DNA of 63,967 nt, filler included, from Octopus bimaculoides (taxonomy: Eukaryota): the NCBI RefSeq assembly GCF_001194135.2. It is 6 parts of 6 records of this genome, joined end to end, with 100 filler letters (N's around TTAATTAATTAA, not from the genome) between each part and the next. Parts side by side here need not be neighbours in the genome. Positions count along the whole stretch, not along the records: positions 1 to 27,502 come from NC_068993.1; 5 more parts are not named here. One strand, given 5' to 3'. Shown in pieces: positions 1 to 12,135 of the stretch. Each line of letters starts with the position of its first letter. The first letter of the stretch is position 1. The position numbers and the translations under genes were made by a program. The notes beneath the pieces are model-generated. The model worked only from the letters and a program-made list of their open reading frames with translations, made no database searches and was not told the origin of the DNA.

Positions 1-105
1 TCGATAAATTAAAATCAGCGAAGAAGCACTGAGATCAATGTGATCGGCTATTCCCTCCCCCCCCCTCCAAAATTGCTGGCATTGTGCTAAAATTACAACG
101 AATAA
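1..105 (+). mobile_element. SINE family A, 3' end
   Basis: Shares the cgataaa...ccctcccccaaaattgctggc.ttgtgc tail with 50052-50257. Confidence 0.7.
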
Positions 106-955
106 TTAAATCCACATTTTGCACTACAACTCCTACCACTACTATAACTATTTCCTCTAATGTTACGACTACTAGTACCAACGAAACTACACTACTACTA
201 CTACTACAACAGATAGCGCCACCGCCGCCGCCTCCACCACCGTTACTACTATGACAACTATTTGCGTGCGTGTGTGTGTGTGTGTGTGTATGTGTGTGTG
301 TACAACTATAAAAACATGTTACTGACAAAAACAACTGGACAATCCTTCCTTCTTTGTGGTGCGCTGAACTAATCTGTTTATGTGACACTGTATTTGTAAC
401 TTCATTTATGTTGTTCGCATTAATCGGATACCTAGCAACTTGTTAATAACATTTTAAATAACATAATACGTACGTACGTACATACATACATATCGCGCAC
501 GTGTGCATTATACATACAAATATACACACCTACTTTATACACAAATATATAACTTCCTTTTTCTTTTATCTCTCTCTCTTTCTCTGAACTATACACCACT
601 CGCATACATACACACGTATACACATTCATTCACGTACTCATATACGCGATGTCATCGTGTAAACACGGCAGATGTGTGACCCAGATGTATTAAATATTGG
701 TGATCAAGTTATCAATTCGTCACTATACACAGAAACAAAAAAACATATACCACTACCATCAGCTTCATCACTATCACCACCTTCAACATCAACAGAATTA
801 TAATAATTATAACCATAATAATCAACATATTAATTAATGACTGATATCTCTCGTCGGATCTGTACCCAAGTTAAATTCGAACCTGTCACCTAAAGATTGC
901 AACAGTCTTTATTCTGGAAAGATGGTTGGTTCGGTACGCAAGTCAATCTTCAGTT

Positions 956-972
956 ATGAAGCTAAAGACTTT
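956..972 (+). CDS. Candidate first coding exon (MKLKT+2 nt) of TMEM272-like gene
   Basis: ATG 956-958; perfect donor GTAAGT at 973; ends phase 2, compatible with 5452-5481. An alternative ATG at 922 would end phase 0. Confidence 0.4.
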
Positions 973-1254
973 GTAAGTTTTTCTCCTTTTTACTGTTATT
1001 ATTGTTGTAGCTTTTATTAGCGCTAATTCAGCCTTAGTCGAGCAAATCTATGATCAAAGGCGCTCCACTTATGACAACCCCATTTTTCGTTTTAATTTTT
1101 TTTTTTATCCAAAAGACTTCATTACTCGATGTATCTTTCGTATTTTAAAGTCAGCAGAATGTGATTCAAGGGAAATGTGGCTGCTATTTCTAGCGAATCG
1201 AACTATCACACTGAGATTTACTCCTCGGTTTGTGTTGCTTGGCAATATTGGTTT

Positions 1255-1375
1255 TAACTTTTGGCACAATTCCAGCAATTTCGTGGGAGTGGGAATGTTG
1301 ATTACATTGAACTCGACGAAAGGCAAGGCAGAATTTGAACTCAGGACGTTAGACGGACGAAATGCTGCTTATATT
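1255..1375 (-). mobile_element. SINE family A fragment
   Basis: Reverse complement of the ctgagttcaaattc...ttgtgccaaaa segment. Confidence 0.65.
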
Positions 1376-1894
1376 TTTGTTGTTTACTAATTAGCAAGTG
1401 TTATGCAACACAACACGCTTTATATATCATTAATGAGCAGTGAGGCGATAAACGAGTAGAATCATTAACTTTGATAGATACAAGCCCCTTGCTCTATTCA
1501 CGCATGGCCCTTCGCTTTCTTACTGCGATCTATTTTATAATTTTATTCACATCTTCGATGTATTATATAAACAGACCCGAGCACTTTACTGATACTTTAT
1601 TTTACCAACCCTGTAGGGGTTCGTTGTTGCTGATATTTACCTCAGCCCTGGTCGAACGAACTATGAAGAAAAGCATTCCTTCTGTGGCTTTCCCATCTTT
1701 TAAAGGTGGATGTACTGGTAGATCATCTTATATGCGTTTTCGTTATTCAACCCTTTCATTACCATTTTTCTTTCGAAATTTTCTGCCGTTGTTTTAATTA
1801 ATTTTGAATAATGAAGAATTTAGTTATATGACTTTGCCATTATAATAAACCTGGATTTTGGAACATAAATTAACAAGAAATTTTGATGGACTGT

Positions 1895-2075
1895 TTAGTT
1901 CGGTTTACTTTGTATCACTCTCTGGGTCAAGAGATGGATGGCTGGAATGGTTGCAACCGGAATGTTTTTGATCATGTCACTTGGGTGTTGTTGTTGTTGG
2001 CTGCCTTGGTAGCTAGTTGTGTTGATAAATGAAAATGTATTTCTTGGGCTGTGTGTAGAAGTAACTGAACAACAC
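1895..2075 (-). CDS. Candidate terminal exon d of minus-strand gene (CCSVTSTHSPRNTFSFINTTSYQGSQQQQHP...)
   Basis: TGTTTGCAG acceptor, 60 codons open in phase 2 to TAA. The distal part overlaps repeat-like sequence. Confidence 0.22.
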
Positions 2076-2761
2076 CTGCAAACATTTAACAGAAGATTTT
2101 ATTACTGTACATAACAACATTGGCCTTCTACAGATAGCAACATCAATAATTACACACTGGTGAAGAAAGAGATACTGCTTGGAGTTTATAGCAAGCTGTT
2201 GATATGGCAACATGCAGCTTACCCAACATAACTGGAAACAATTTTGCTATATTTGTTGCGACAGAAGTCCTTGTCATCAATCTGCACCCTCTGTCTTAGC
2301 TGCCTCCTTGTGTCGACAGGCTGGTAAAAATGCACTGCTACCTGATGTGGCAAGAATGGAAACACATATTGTTCAGCTGCCTCAACATTCTGCAATTTAT
2401 TACTGCCGAAAGCAACGTTTTATAGAATACAAGAAGAATATTCTGGAAGGTTGAATCATGCTTCATAGACTGATCATATGAAACTACTGACCTAGCAGTT
2501 TGGTTTCAAATCATCACTACAATCATACCTCTAGCATTACAAATCTGTTCACACCAAGAATGTCTTGTAGAATTATAAAACACATTTAGTACAGGACTAG
2601 TACTATATTTTTATTTCATTGCTTCTGAAAAGTTTGAAGATAGAATTGACTATAGTAGGATTTGAACTCAGAACATAAAGGACTTTAAATATTGCTGGAC
2701 ACTAGTTCAAAATTCTAGCAATCTTTGCTTGAACCCAGGTTCGAAATTTCCCCAGGAAAAC

Positions 2762-2802
2762 CTGAAGAAGGCTTGAGAGTATATCAGCTGAAATGCTGTG
2801 TT
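2762..2802 (+). ncRNA. Decayed hammerhead-like relic in a PLE-derived repeat
   Basis: CTGAAGA-AGGCTTGA...TCAGCT-GAAAT; stem II is recognisable, but GAAAC is mutated and there is no clear NUH/stem I. Confidence 0.35.
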
Positions 2803-3488
2803 AAAAACAAACAAGATGACAAATATCCGTCAAATGTAAATAGTGTAAATAAAATACTTGGAGAAGGTAATGATATTAATTTTTAAGGTAAAAAATAGAG
2901 ATTAGTTCTCAAAATTAGCAGAAATGATATGGAGTAGGTAGGTACCCCAACATTCAAATAATGGTATATACAGCGGAAGAGAAAGTTAATTAGTTGGTGT
3001 TGAGCTTTTTTTCTTACTTAAAAAAATTTTTTTTTCGTTTTTGTTAATAATTATACTTTAATTTAAACAGTATATGCTATATTTCTTTATGTCAATACAT
3101 CCATGTCTTGGTTTATTTATGGGCATGTTTGTGCATGCACATTTATATATATACACAGTATAATGTATATATAATATGTGTGTGTGTGTATGTATGTATA
3201 CATATATTGGAGTAATCATTCATATCAAATTACTTTATGGTTTATGTGTGTGTGTGAGTGTGTATGTATATGTATATATTTTTGTATACATATATATCAT
3301 TTATGTATATGTATGTATCTATATTTATATGTATATATATATATATATGTTTATATACATATGTATGTATGTGTGTGGGTGGGTGTTTTGTATTATATTT
3401 ACATATACACAATGTGCATTTGTATGCAAGATATGTAAATAGTTTTCCTACTGAGAAATTAGGCTAATAAAAAAACTAGTTCACTCAC

Positions 3489-3571
3489 AAAATGGCAACA
3501 CTGCTGTTTTGTTTAAAATCTGATAAATATTCAGCCATAACATCACCATCTTTCTTTTTGCTTCTTTCCCT
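3489..3571 (-). CDS. Candidate exon c of minus-strand gene (RERSKKKDGDVMAEYLSDFKQNSSVAI)
   Basis: Perfect GTGAGT donor at 3488, AAG acceptor after an AT-rich tract, 83 nt purine-rich, phase 0 to 2. Confidence 0.3.
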
Positions 3572-5129
3572 CTTCAATTTAAATAATTATAATTAGTCAA
3601 ATCCAGATAGGATAGAAAAGGCAATATCACCCCCACCCCCACCCACCCAGAANNNNNNNNNNNNNNNNNNNNNNNNNNNNNNNNNNNNNNNNNNNNNNNN
3701 NNNNNNNNNNNNNNNNNNNNNNNNNNNNNNNNNNNNNNNNNNNNNNNNNNNNNNNNNNNNNNNNNNNNNNNNNNNNNNNNNNNNNNNNNNNNNNNNNNNN
3801 NNNNNNNNNNNNNNNNNNNNNNNNNNNNNNNNNNNNNNNNNNNNNNNNNNNNNNNNNNNNNNNNNNNNGAAAAACAATCTGGGGATAAAGAATGCTTGAG
3901 GACCTGGAGGCAAATAACATGGAAATAAATCTGCTATGAATAACTATTACTTCGTCATTTTCAGTTCTTATGTGTTGTGAGCAACCAAATTTGAGGTTTG
4001 TGGCTGATGTGACAAGGTAGCAACTTGAGTCCTTTTCCCTATATTGGAAACAATGAATTTTCATCTGACCATGTGGCTGCTTGTGAGTATGCAGTATCAC
4101 TGAAAAGACCCAGAAGCCAAAAGGCATCTGATACTCTTACTGGCCACTCCTGAGATGAATTTTCGTCTTTTTCTGATATTTATTGTTCTTAACACTGCAA
4201 ATGTTTATCTCGGGACAAGTACTGTAGTAACTAGCCTGTCAACAGTATGTATACATTAGCCTGAGAGATTTGCTGCTCTGACACTCCACCTCATAGAATT
4301 TCTTCTTCAGGGGCATCGCTGTTTCATCCCAATTTCTCAGGGTGAGAGAAATAGTCAGAGAATGGACGACAGAAGAAGTTTTAACAACAAATGGCAACAG
4401 AAAGAAATCTCTCTGTGAATCATTGTTACTTAGTCATCTTCTGGTCATTTGCATTGTGAGCAGTAGAACCAAGATTTATATGTCAATGTTATGAGGTTAC
4501 CACTAGAGTACATACATATGTGTACTCTGTGTACTCACTATGTGATATCCTTGATGAGTGACTTCTCTTCGTCTCCTTTTTTAATGGCAAATGGGTCAAT
4601 GGGAAATGGGTTATTCACTCCAGTTACTGTAATAAAAATGACATTAACATCTGTGATATTATACTGTATGAGTTAGCATTTTTAGCATTTAATTCATATC
4701 TGTTTCTCTGGAGCAAGAGATAAATTCCTAGAAAGCAGTGACTGTAATAACATCCACAAGAAACTGTTCCACTTCACTGACTTCACCAATATTTTGCAGC
4801 AACATATAATATAATAACAACTTCCTTCTTTAGATATAAACTAATAGTTGTTGTTGTTTAACCCCAGGTCAGTCCTGATCAGAAAGACACATAATCAAAG
4901 TCCTTCCAGATATAACTAATACAACTATTTCATACATCAGAGTCTACACACACTGTCCAACATGTTTTTCATTTAAGTTGGTAAGATATTATCATGGTTT
5001 TAACTGCTATTTCTAGCTGGTCAAGTGACTACATAGAGAGCTTCTTGTTGGCTCAATCAATGGTTGTATATAAAAGTGCTCCTCTCTGCAGTGCTTATGG
5101 TTGTTAGGTATTTCTACTCATGGTCCCTA

Positions 5130-5280
5130 CTTAGAGATTGTACAGCCACAAATATAAGTAGCTGAAATGAGTTTCCTCCAAAGAATCTCTGGAATAACAT
5201 TACGCAACAAGGAGCATAGCACAGAGATCAGGGAGTCTGTCCAAGTTGAGATGCTTATTTCTCTATATTGAAAAGTCACA
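5130..5280 (+). mobile_element. LINE RT C-terminal fragment
   Basis: AEMSFLQRISGITLRNKEHSTEIRE. Confidence 0.55.
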
Positions 5281-5451
5281 GCATGGCCACAGTTCAACAA
5301 CTGAAACAAGTAAAAGATAAAGGATGATAAAAAAATTGTCTTCTTTTGTTTTTCGTTTTTCTATTATTTCTTTCTATTTATTTATCACTATTTTTAATGT
5401 ATATTTTTTATTTTGTTCTTATTTTTATTTTGCGTTTATTTACCTATTTAG

Positions 5452-5481
5452 TCATCATATTTTGTTGATGAAACAAATTTT
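5452..5481 (+). CDS. 30-nt microexon (F/HHILLMKQIL) of TMEM272-like gene
   Basis: ~110-nt T-rich tract then TTTAG acceptor (5447-5451); donor GTAAGT at 5482; phase 2 to 2 with no stop. Confidence 0.5.
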
Positions 5482-5520
5482 GTAAGTATCCATTTGTGAG
5501 TCATCTCCTCTTCCAGCTAC

Positions 5521-5626
5521 ATTCCTTGTTTCTAATAATCCTCCTTCAATAACAGATTTCTTCTCCTGAAACTTCTTGTATTTCACATTGTCAATGCTGT
5601 TATCACCAGGAAAGGCCATCACTTCA
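5521..5626 (-). CDS. Candidate exon b of minus-strand gene (EVMAFPGDNSIDNVKYKKFQEKK...)
   Basis: Strong TTTCTCTTTTTCAG acceptor and purine-rich open frame. Either a weak GTAGCT donor at 5520 or read-through to TGA at 5457-5455 followed by AATAAA-rich sequence. Confidence 0.3.
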
Positions 5627-6563
5627 CTGAAAAAGAGAAAAGAAAGAAACAGCTATAAGCTATGTAATTAAATAACTAAGATACTATTTACGTATTTAAT
5701 GTAACAAGTCTTAAAAATCTACTGTATATGCCAGCATGTAAAATGCAGATTTTATATTCTTAAATCTAACCAAAAATTGCCGAGCATCTAATGCAACCAT
5801 ATCACAGATGGATTACCATATATATGCACGTATGACAAAGAATATAAAAATTTGTTTTTTCCACAAAATATACTTGTAAAACCAGGGTTTCTCTTTTACA
5901 AGAGTGTGTCTTATATACCGGCAAATACAGTAATTAGAAATATTTATGTGATGATAAAAGGATAATATTAATTCAATGCATATCATAATTATTCTGGCAT
6001 GTAAGGGAGATAATTCAGGACATATTTCAATCTTATTCGGCCTCATTAGGGCGGCATAGACTTCATGCTAAAGTAATGATGAAAGAATCACAAAGAAAAT
6101 GAACAAGATTGTACATGTATCGGTGTAAATGTAGCAACAAACCTCTGAATTATACACATATTATATATATACATACAAAATACATACATGCATATACAGG
6201 CACATACAGATGATTGCTGTCTCCTTGTGCTTCCTTGTTGTCAACAACACTTCAGACTTTCTATCCATGCCCTCTCAGATGACTACTCAGTCTCATTGCA
6301 GATCTGCATAGTTTAAAGCATAGGTGAAAGATGAAAGCTGTAACTTGCAGTGTGCTTCTAACTGGTTACATCTGCACATGTTGCCATAGGACTTACAGTA
6401 GGTAGAATGACAAATAAGGTCACCATAAAAGGACATCTATATGCCATCTGATTATAGTGATAAACACTTGTACTATCTGAGTACCACTCCTCGGGTTTCG
6501 ATGGTTGGTACCTAGTGACAACCGAACTATGCATACATTCATACATACATACATACATTTACA

Positions 6564-6597
<34 letters not shown>

Positions 6598-6599
6598 AA

Positions 6600-7190
6600 C
6601 AGGGTGCAGTAAATAAACTGTTGTCTAAATAATGCAAAAATGAAAACAACACTGACATCTCATTTTAACAGATATATTTACCAAAATTACATAAAAAATA
6701 TCTTGAAATACTAAAGAGCGAATATATTTCAATAGAATCACCATTGGCTTCAACCATGGCCTCCAGACGACTTCGGAATCTCCTGCAACTCTTCTGGATG
6801 GACTTCTTGTTTAATTTGGTGAATGCTGCCATAATCCTTGCCAGATGTGGCCAGATGTTAGGGCTGATGTGGTCGTAGAAATTATCTGACAGCCATAACT
6901 GGGTTCTCCTGTTTGTGTGGCATGGTGCAGAGTCCTGTTGCCAGACATAGGGTCTTCCAACAGCCAACCTCTTGACCCAGAGAAACACTACTTCCTCCAG
7001 GCACTTCATATAGACTTCCATGTTGAGTCTGAGGCCGTATGGGAAAATGAATGGAGGCATAACATCGCCATTACTAGTGATCACTCCAAACACCATGATG
7101 TTGACTGGATGTTTGATTTTTATCACTTTCAGCACATGTCTTCAGATTGCACTGTCCTCAGGTTGACACCCAAACACTCTGAAATGTTCA
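6600..7190 (-). mobile_element. maT (DD37D) Tc1/mariner transposase remnant with internal deletion
   Basis: KHPVNIMVFGVITSNGDVMPPFIFP, WQQDSAPCH, C-terminal RRFRSRLEAMVEANG; CAGGGTG end next to (TA)n. Confidence 0.9.
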
Positions 7191-7203
7191 TATACAGAGA
7201 TAT

Positions 7204-7270
<67 letters not shown>

Positions 7271-7587
7271 NNNNNNNNNNNNNNNNNNNNNNNNNNNNNN
7301 NNNNNNNNNNNNNNNNNNNNNNNNNTATGCATATGTATGCATATGTATGCATATGTATATATATGTATATATATATATATATATACATATATATACATAT
7401 GCATACACACATACACACACAAATATATGCTACTCCGCTTCTAATTGTATCTTTCTCTTCCGCCCATTTCCTCCTCGTACATTATGATTGTTTGCCAATC
7501 CTCTTTCTTGCCCTCACTGCCATGATCATTGTATCCAGACTCCCCACATCCCCACCACTCACACCCACTACCTATTTTTCTAACCAG

Positions 7588-7613
7588 GTTCTACACTCAT
7601 ACTCTTGTTACTT
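7588..7613 (+). CDS. 26-nt microexon (FYTHTLVT) of TMEM272-like gene
   Basis: TTTTTCTAACCAG acceptor with CTAAC branch-like motif; donor GTGAGT at 7614; phase 2 to 1 links 5452-5481 to 12289-12348 in frame. Confidence 0.5.
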
Positions 7614-9227
7614 GTGAGTATACACCGTCTCCCTTCTGCTCTTTCTTACACTTTTGCTGTTTCATACTCTCTCTCTCTCTCTCTCTCTTTCCCTTTGGTC
7701 ATACTTATATAAACATACATACATGTGTTTGTGAGGGTGTGTGTGCATGCATGTGTGTACGTGTGTGTACATGTGTGTGCGGGTGCATGTGTGTGTGACT
7801 CCTAACGTGGTTTATAGAATAGCCAGGGGATTGTTCTGAATCCTTACAACAGTGTGGACTCCACAAAAAGCACTCAGGAACCGGGGTAGTGGTGTTATAC
7901 CAGGTCACAGATTAAGGTTACCCTATAAGTAGGCCTAGATGGGATTTGAATTCAAAATGCAAGGAACCAGAATCTATACTTTAAGGTTGACATTCTCACA
8001 GTTCCAACAATCCACTACTCTGGATTCATATATGTATTTTTTTTTTTTTTATCAACCCAAAAAAGATAAAAAGGTAAAGTTGACCTCATTCGGATTTGAA
8101 CTCANNNNNNNNNNNNNNNNNNNNNNNNNNNNNNNNNNNNNNNNNNNNNNNNNNNNNNNNNNNNNNNNNNNNNNNNNNNNNNNNNNNNNNNNNNNNNNNN
8201 NNNNNNNNNNNNNNNNNNNNNNNNNNNNNNNNNNNNNNNNNNNNNNNNNNNNNNNNNNNNNNNNNNNNNNNNNNNNNNNNNNNNNNNNNNNNNNNNNNNN
8301 NNNNNNNNNNNNNNNNNNNNNNNNNNNNNNNNNNNNNNNNNNNNNNNNNNNNNNNNNNNNNNNNNNNNNNNNNNNNNNNNNNNNNNNNNNNNNNNNNNNN
8401 NNNNNNNNNNNNNNNNNNNNNNNNNNNNNNNNNNNNNNNNNNNNNNNNNNNNNNNNNNNNNNNNNNNNNNNNNNNNNNNNNNNNNNNNNNNNNNNNNNNN
8501 NNNNNNNNNNNNNNNNNNNNNNNNNNNNNNNNNNNNNNNNNNNNNNNNNNNNNNNNNNNNNNNNNNNNNNNNNNNNNNNNNNNNNNNNNNNNNNNNNNNN
8601 NNNNNNNNNNNNNNNNNNNNNNNNNNNNNNNNNNNNNNNNNNNNNNNNNNNNNNNNNNNNNNNNNNNNNNNNNNNNNNNNNNNNNNNNNNNNNNNNNNNN
8701 NNNNNNNNNNNNNNNNNNNNNNNNNNNNNNNNNNNNNNNNNNNNNNNNNNNNNNNNNNNNNNNNNNNNNNNNNNNNNAAATGTTTTCTTAGTCTACATAT
8801 ATTTCCACAAATTTTACAGCCAATTTACTTGCTATTTCTAGCAGGTTGTACAACCTTCTAGAAACTTCCTCTGTTGGCCTGTACTGACGTTGCTGGTGAT
8901 AATGGTGTTCTTGTTATTATTGTTGTTGTTATTGTTGATTATACTTCTTGATGTTGCTATTGTTGCTGCTGTTGTTAATGTGATTGCTGTTGTTGTTGTT
9001 GTTGTTGTTAATGTGTTGCTTGTCAATGCTGCTGCAGTTGTTGTTGTTGTTGTTATTGTTGTTATTGTGTTGCTTGTTAATGTCGCTGCTGTTGCTATTG
9101 TGCATTTTTACAAAGCAATTGGCTCATTTCCTCAGGAGAAACAGCAAACTGCGTCTACTGAGCTCAGATCTTTTGGCAAATGTCATACCTTCCAACACAT
9201 TTTAAAATTTTATATGTGTGTCTGTAT

Positions 9228-9478
9228 GTGGTGATGGTGCCACGTAAAAAGCACTGGTAATTGGTGCCATGTAAAAAACATTGGTGACGGTGCCACGTAA
9301 AAAGCACTGGTGATGGTGCCACATAAAAAGCACTGGTGATGGTGCCACCTAAAAAACACTAGTAATTGGTGCTATGTAAAAAAATATTGGTGATGGTGCC
9401 ACATAAAAAACACTGATAATGGTGCCATGTAAAAAACATGGCATGGTTTCTACAGCCGGATGCCCTTCCTAACACTAG
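9228..9478 (-). mobile_element. SINE family C fragment with ~26-27-bp tandem array (GGTGATGGTGCCACGTAAAAAGCACT)
   Basis: About 7 degenerate units, followed by ttctacagccggatgcccttcctaac. Confidence 0.75.
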
Positions 9479-10514
9479 AGTCTAGTATGTATGTATGTAT
9501 ATATGTGTGTGTGTGTGTGTGTCTGTGTGTGTATGTATATACATTCCTGGTGTAGATCCAGTGACAATTATATAACTGCGGATGACATCAGATAGCCTAA
9601 ATGGTGAAGGTGCTTTAACTGATATACTACTAAACATATGCCCGAAGTCCAAATAATTACTTATATATACATACGCACACACACACACACGTATATATGC
9701 ATACATATATATACACACACACACATGTGTGTAATGTATGTGTGTGTATGAATTTGTCTGCTTTTTGCTAGCATAAACCAGTCTCAAGTTGAATCCACTT
9801 GTAGGCAAAACTAGAACTTGCAATTTCATTTAAAAAGACCAATAAAGTAAGTATCAAGTTGAAATAAATATGAGTCAATATAATCACCAAAAACACTTCT
9901 AGACGATGCTCCAGAATGGCCACAGACCAGTAAGTAAAAATAAGTCAGGGAATACAGCATCTATTTTGTGTTTTTATTTATATTATATTTGTGTTTTTGT
10001 TTATTTATTTTCCCATTGTATTTTGTTGCTGTGACAGATCTTGTAAGTATTTCTACATGATTCATAAATAAATGCATTCTCTTTTACCCTTTTTCCTTAT
10101 AAATTTATTCCTTCATTGATCTTATTGTTTCTTGTGTCTTGAACTATAAATTTCATGGATTCTTGAACATGGGCAACTGGCTTCCTGTCTCACTGTCTTA
10201 CTTTATTTTAATGTCACTAACACCAGGAAAGGCCATGATCAGTCAGAAATACATAGACATATATTACCAACGTATACATGTCTGCGTGTGTGTGTGTCTG
10301 TATGTATGTCATTGCTCAGTTTTATTTCAAGATTTCTTGCCAATAGAGAAAGAGCTGGTTTCTAACCTTAAATTCAAGGTTCTTTCATTGGAATTTCAAC
10401 ATCAACAAAAAGGTATTTTTGTTTGTATGTATCTGATCATGCTGCTTAGCACCATACCATCAGCAATGCCGTTTCCTCCTTTCAAATTCAACAACAGGGC
10501 ATTTTTGTTTGTAT

Positions 10515-10800
10515 GTTCATTGCCAGTGCCGCTGGACTGGCTCTTGTGCGGGTGGCACGTAAAATACACCATTTCAAGCGTGGCCATTGCCAGTACCACC
10601 TGACTGGCCCTCATGCCGGTGGCACGTAAAATCACCCACTACACTCTTGGAGTGGTTGGCGTTAGGAAGGGCATCCAGCTGTAGAAACTCTGCCAAATCA
10701 GATTGGAGCCTGGTGTAGCCATCTGGTTTCACCAGTCCTCAGTCAAATCGTCCAACCCATGCTAGCATGGAAAGCAAACATTAAACGATGATGATGATAT
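10515..10800 (+). mobile_element. SINE family C
   Basis: ggagtggttggcgttaggaagggcatccagctgtagaaac core, (GAT)n tail; related pieces at 9228-9478 (-), 58170-58365 and 56590-56680. Confidence 0.8.
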
Positions 10801-11589
10801 GTATGTATGTAACCATGCTGCTTAGTGCCATACCAGCAGCGATGCTGTTTCCTCCTTTGAGATCTCTCGCAGTACCTCTCTTGAAGACAAACATCTGCAT
10901 CATCAGACCCTAGACAGTCATACCTCTGTCGTCATTGCAATCAGATATGTTGATCCCACATGAGCATGCAGACAACGTGGACAAGAGCCTTCCTAATCTT
11001 CATCAGTGAAGCCAAGCCAAGAGAAGGATTATGTATGTATATGTGCAGATTTGTATGTTTTGCTTTATGTGTGTATTCTCATGCATATATGTATTTAAAT
11101 GATAAACAATGACAACCACCACCTTGGACAATTACCACTTCTCCAATATATTAAGAAGTTTTAAATTATCTGTTGTCCTTGGAGGGGGGGGCAGTTATTG
11201 TCCATGTGGGGCAAATGCCCTAGACTCGTATATGTATATATATAATTTAAAGTAATTGGCAATTTATTCAATTTTAAAGGCATATCCAGATGATATATAT
11301 GGATTTATCAATAATGCACCAACTTTTACTCCTGATTTAGGTAAGCGTCTTTGATGTTTTATTCCACACTTTGACCCCTTCATCCAATTCATATTAATTA
11401 AATATTTTCTAAATGTGGAATTGTATGTATGTACACATGCACACACACACACACACACATATATACATATATATAATTATTCAATTTCAGAACCACCTGA
11501 AGATAGTCAAGCTTGCCAGTGTAAAACCCCATGCCGTCCCTATGGTCGCTGCTATAGGTTTCAACATTTATGTTTCAAAAGTCAGTATA

Positions 11590-12100
11590 CATATTTCTTT
11601 TTGGTCAATCTACCTCAGTACCATAGCAACCACCCTCACACCATCTCGCCCTGTTTTGGACATCCTCCCTTCTCAAGCCAACCCTCCCAATCTCTTCCTC
11701 CACGTTTTCTTCGGTCTACCTTGCTTCGTGACCCATTCACCTCAAACTCTAGCACCCTCCTTAGAACATACTCCTCATCCCTCCGCAACACATGCCCATA
11801 CTACTGCACTCCATTCGCCCTTGCCAGCTGTTCCATCGATTCGTCCAACCCCAGCATCCCCATCAAGTCCTCAGTCCTCCTCTTATCAAACAGCTTCACC
11901 CCCACACATTTCTCTCACCATTGCTCTCTCAGTCCTTCTCAAAATTACCATCTCTCTCTCCCTCAGACACCATGGCTCACTCCCATACAGCATTGCAGCT
12001 CTCATACAACTCCTATAGACCCTTCCTTTCGTCTTCAATGAGAACCTTTTCCCACATAACAACGCTCCACATTTCCTGAACTTCACCCAGCCAAGTTTCG
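11590..12100 (-). mobile_element. RTE-type LINE 3' ORF remnant
   Basis: KTKGRVYRSCMRAAMLYGSEPW...TERAMVREMCG...YGHVLRRD. Confidence 0.85.
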
Positions 12101-12135
12101 CTCTTGCTGCACAACACCACCACTACCACCGCCGC

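Noticed and set aside
3870-4480. Coding-looking sequence including a signal-peptide-like MNFRLFLIFIVL
   Set aside because: Frequent stops in all frames and no consistent splice structure; probably a decayed TE or UTR.
5467-5472. TGA TGA aligned to TGC TGT in the duplicated module (selenocysteine idea)
   Set aside because: That frame is not the one compatible with the gene model, and no SECIS-like element was seen.
9228-9440. Repeat-spacer-like array
   Set aside because: Not CRISPR: tandem degenerate units without unique spacers, part of a SINE, in eukaryotic DNA.
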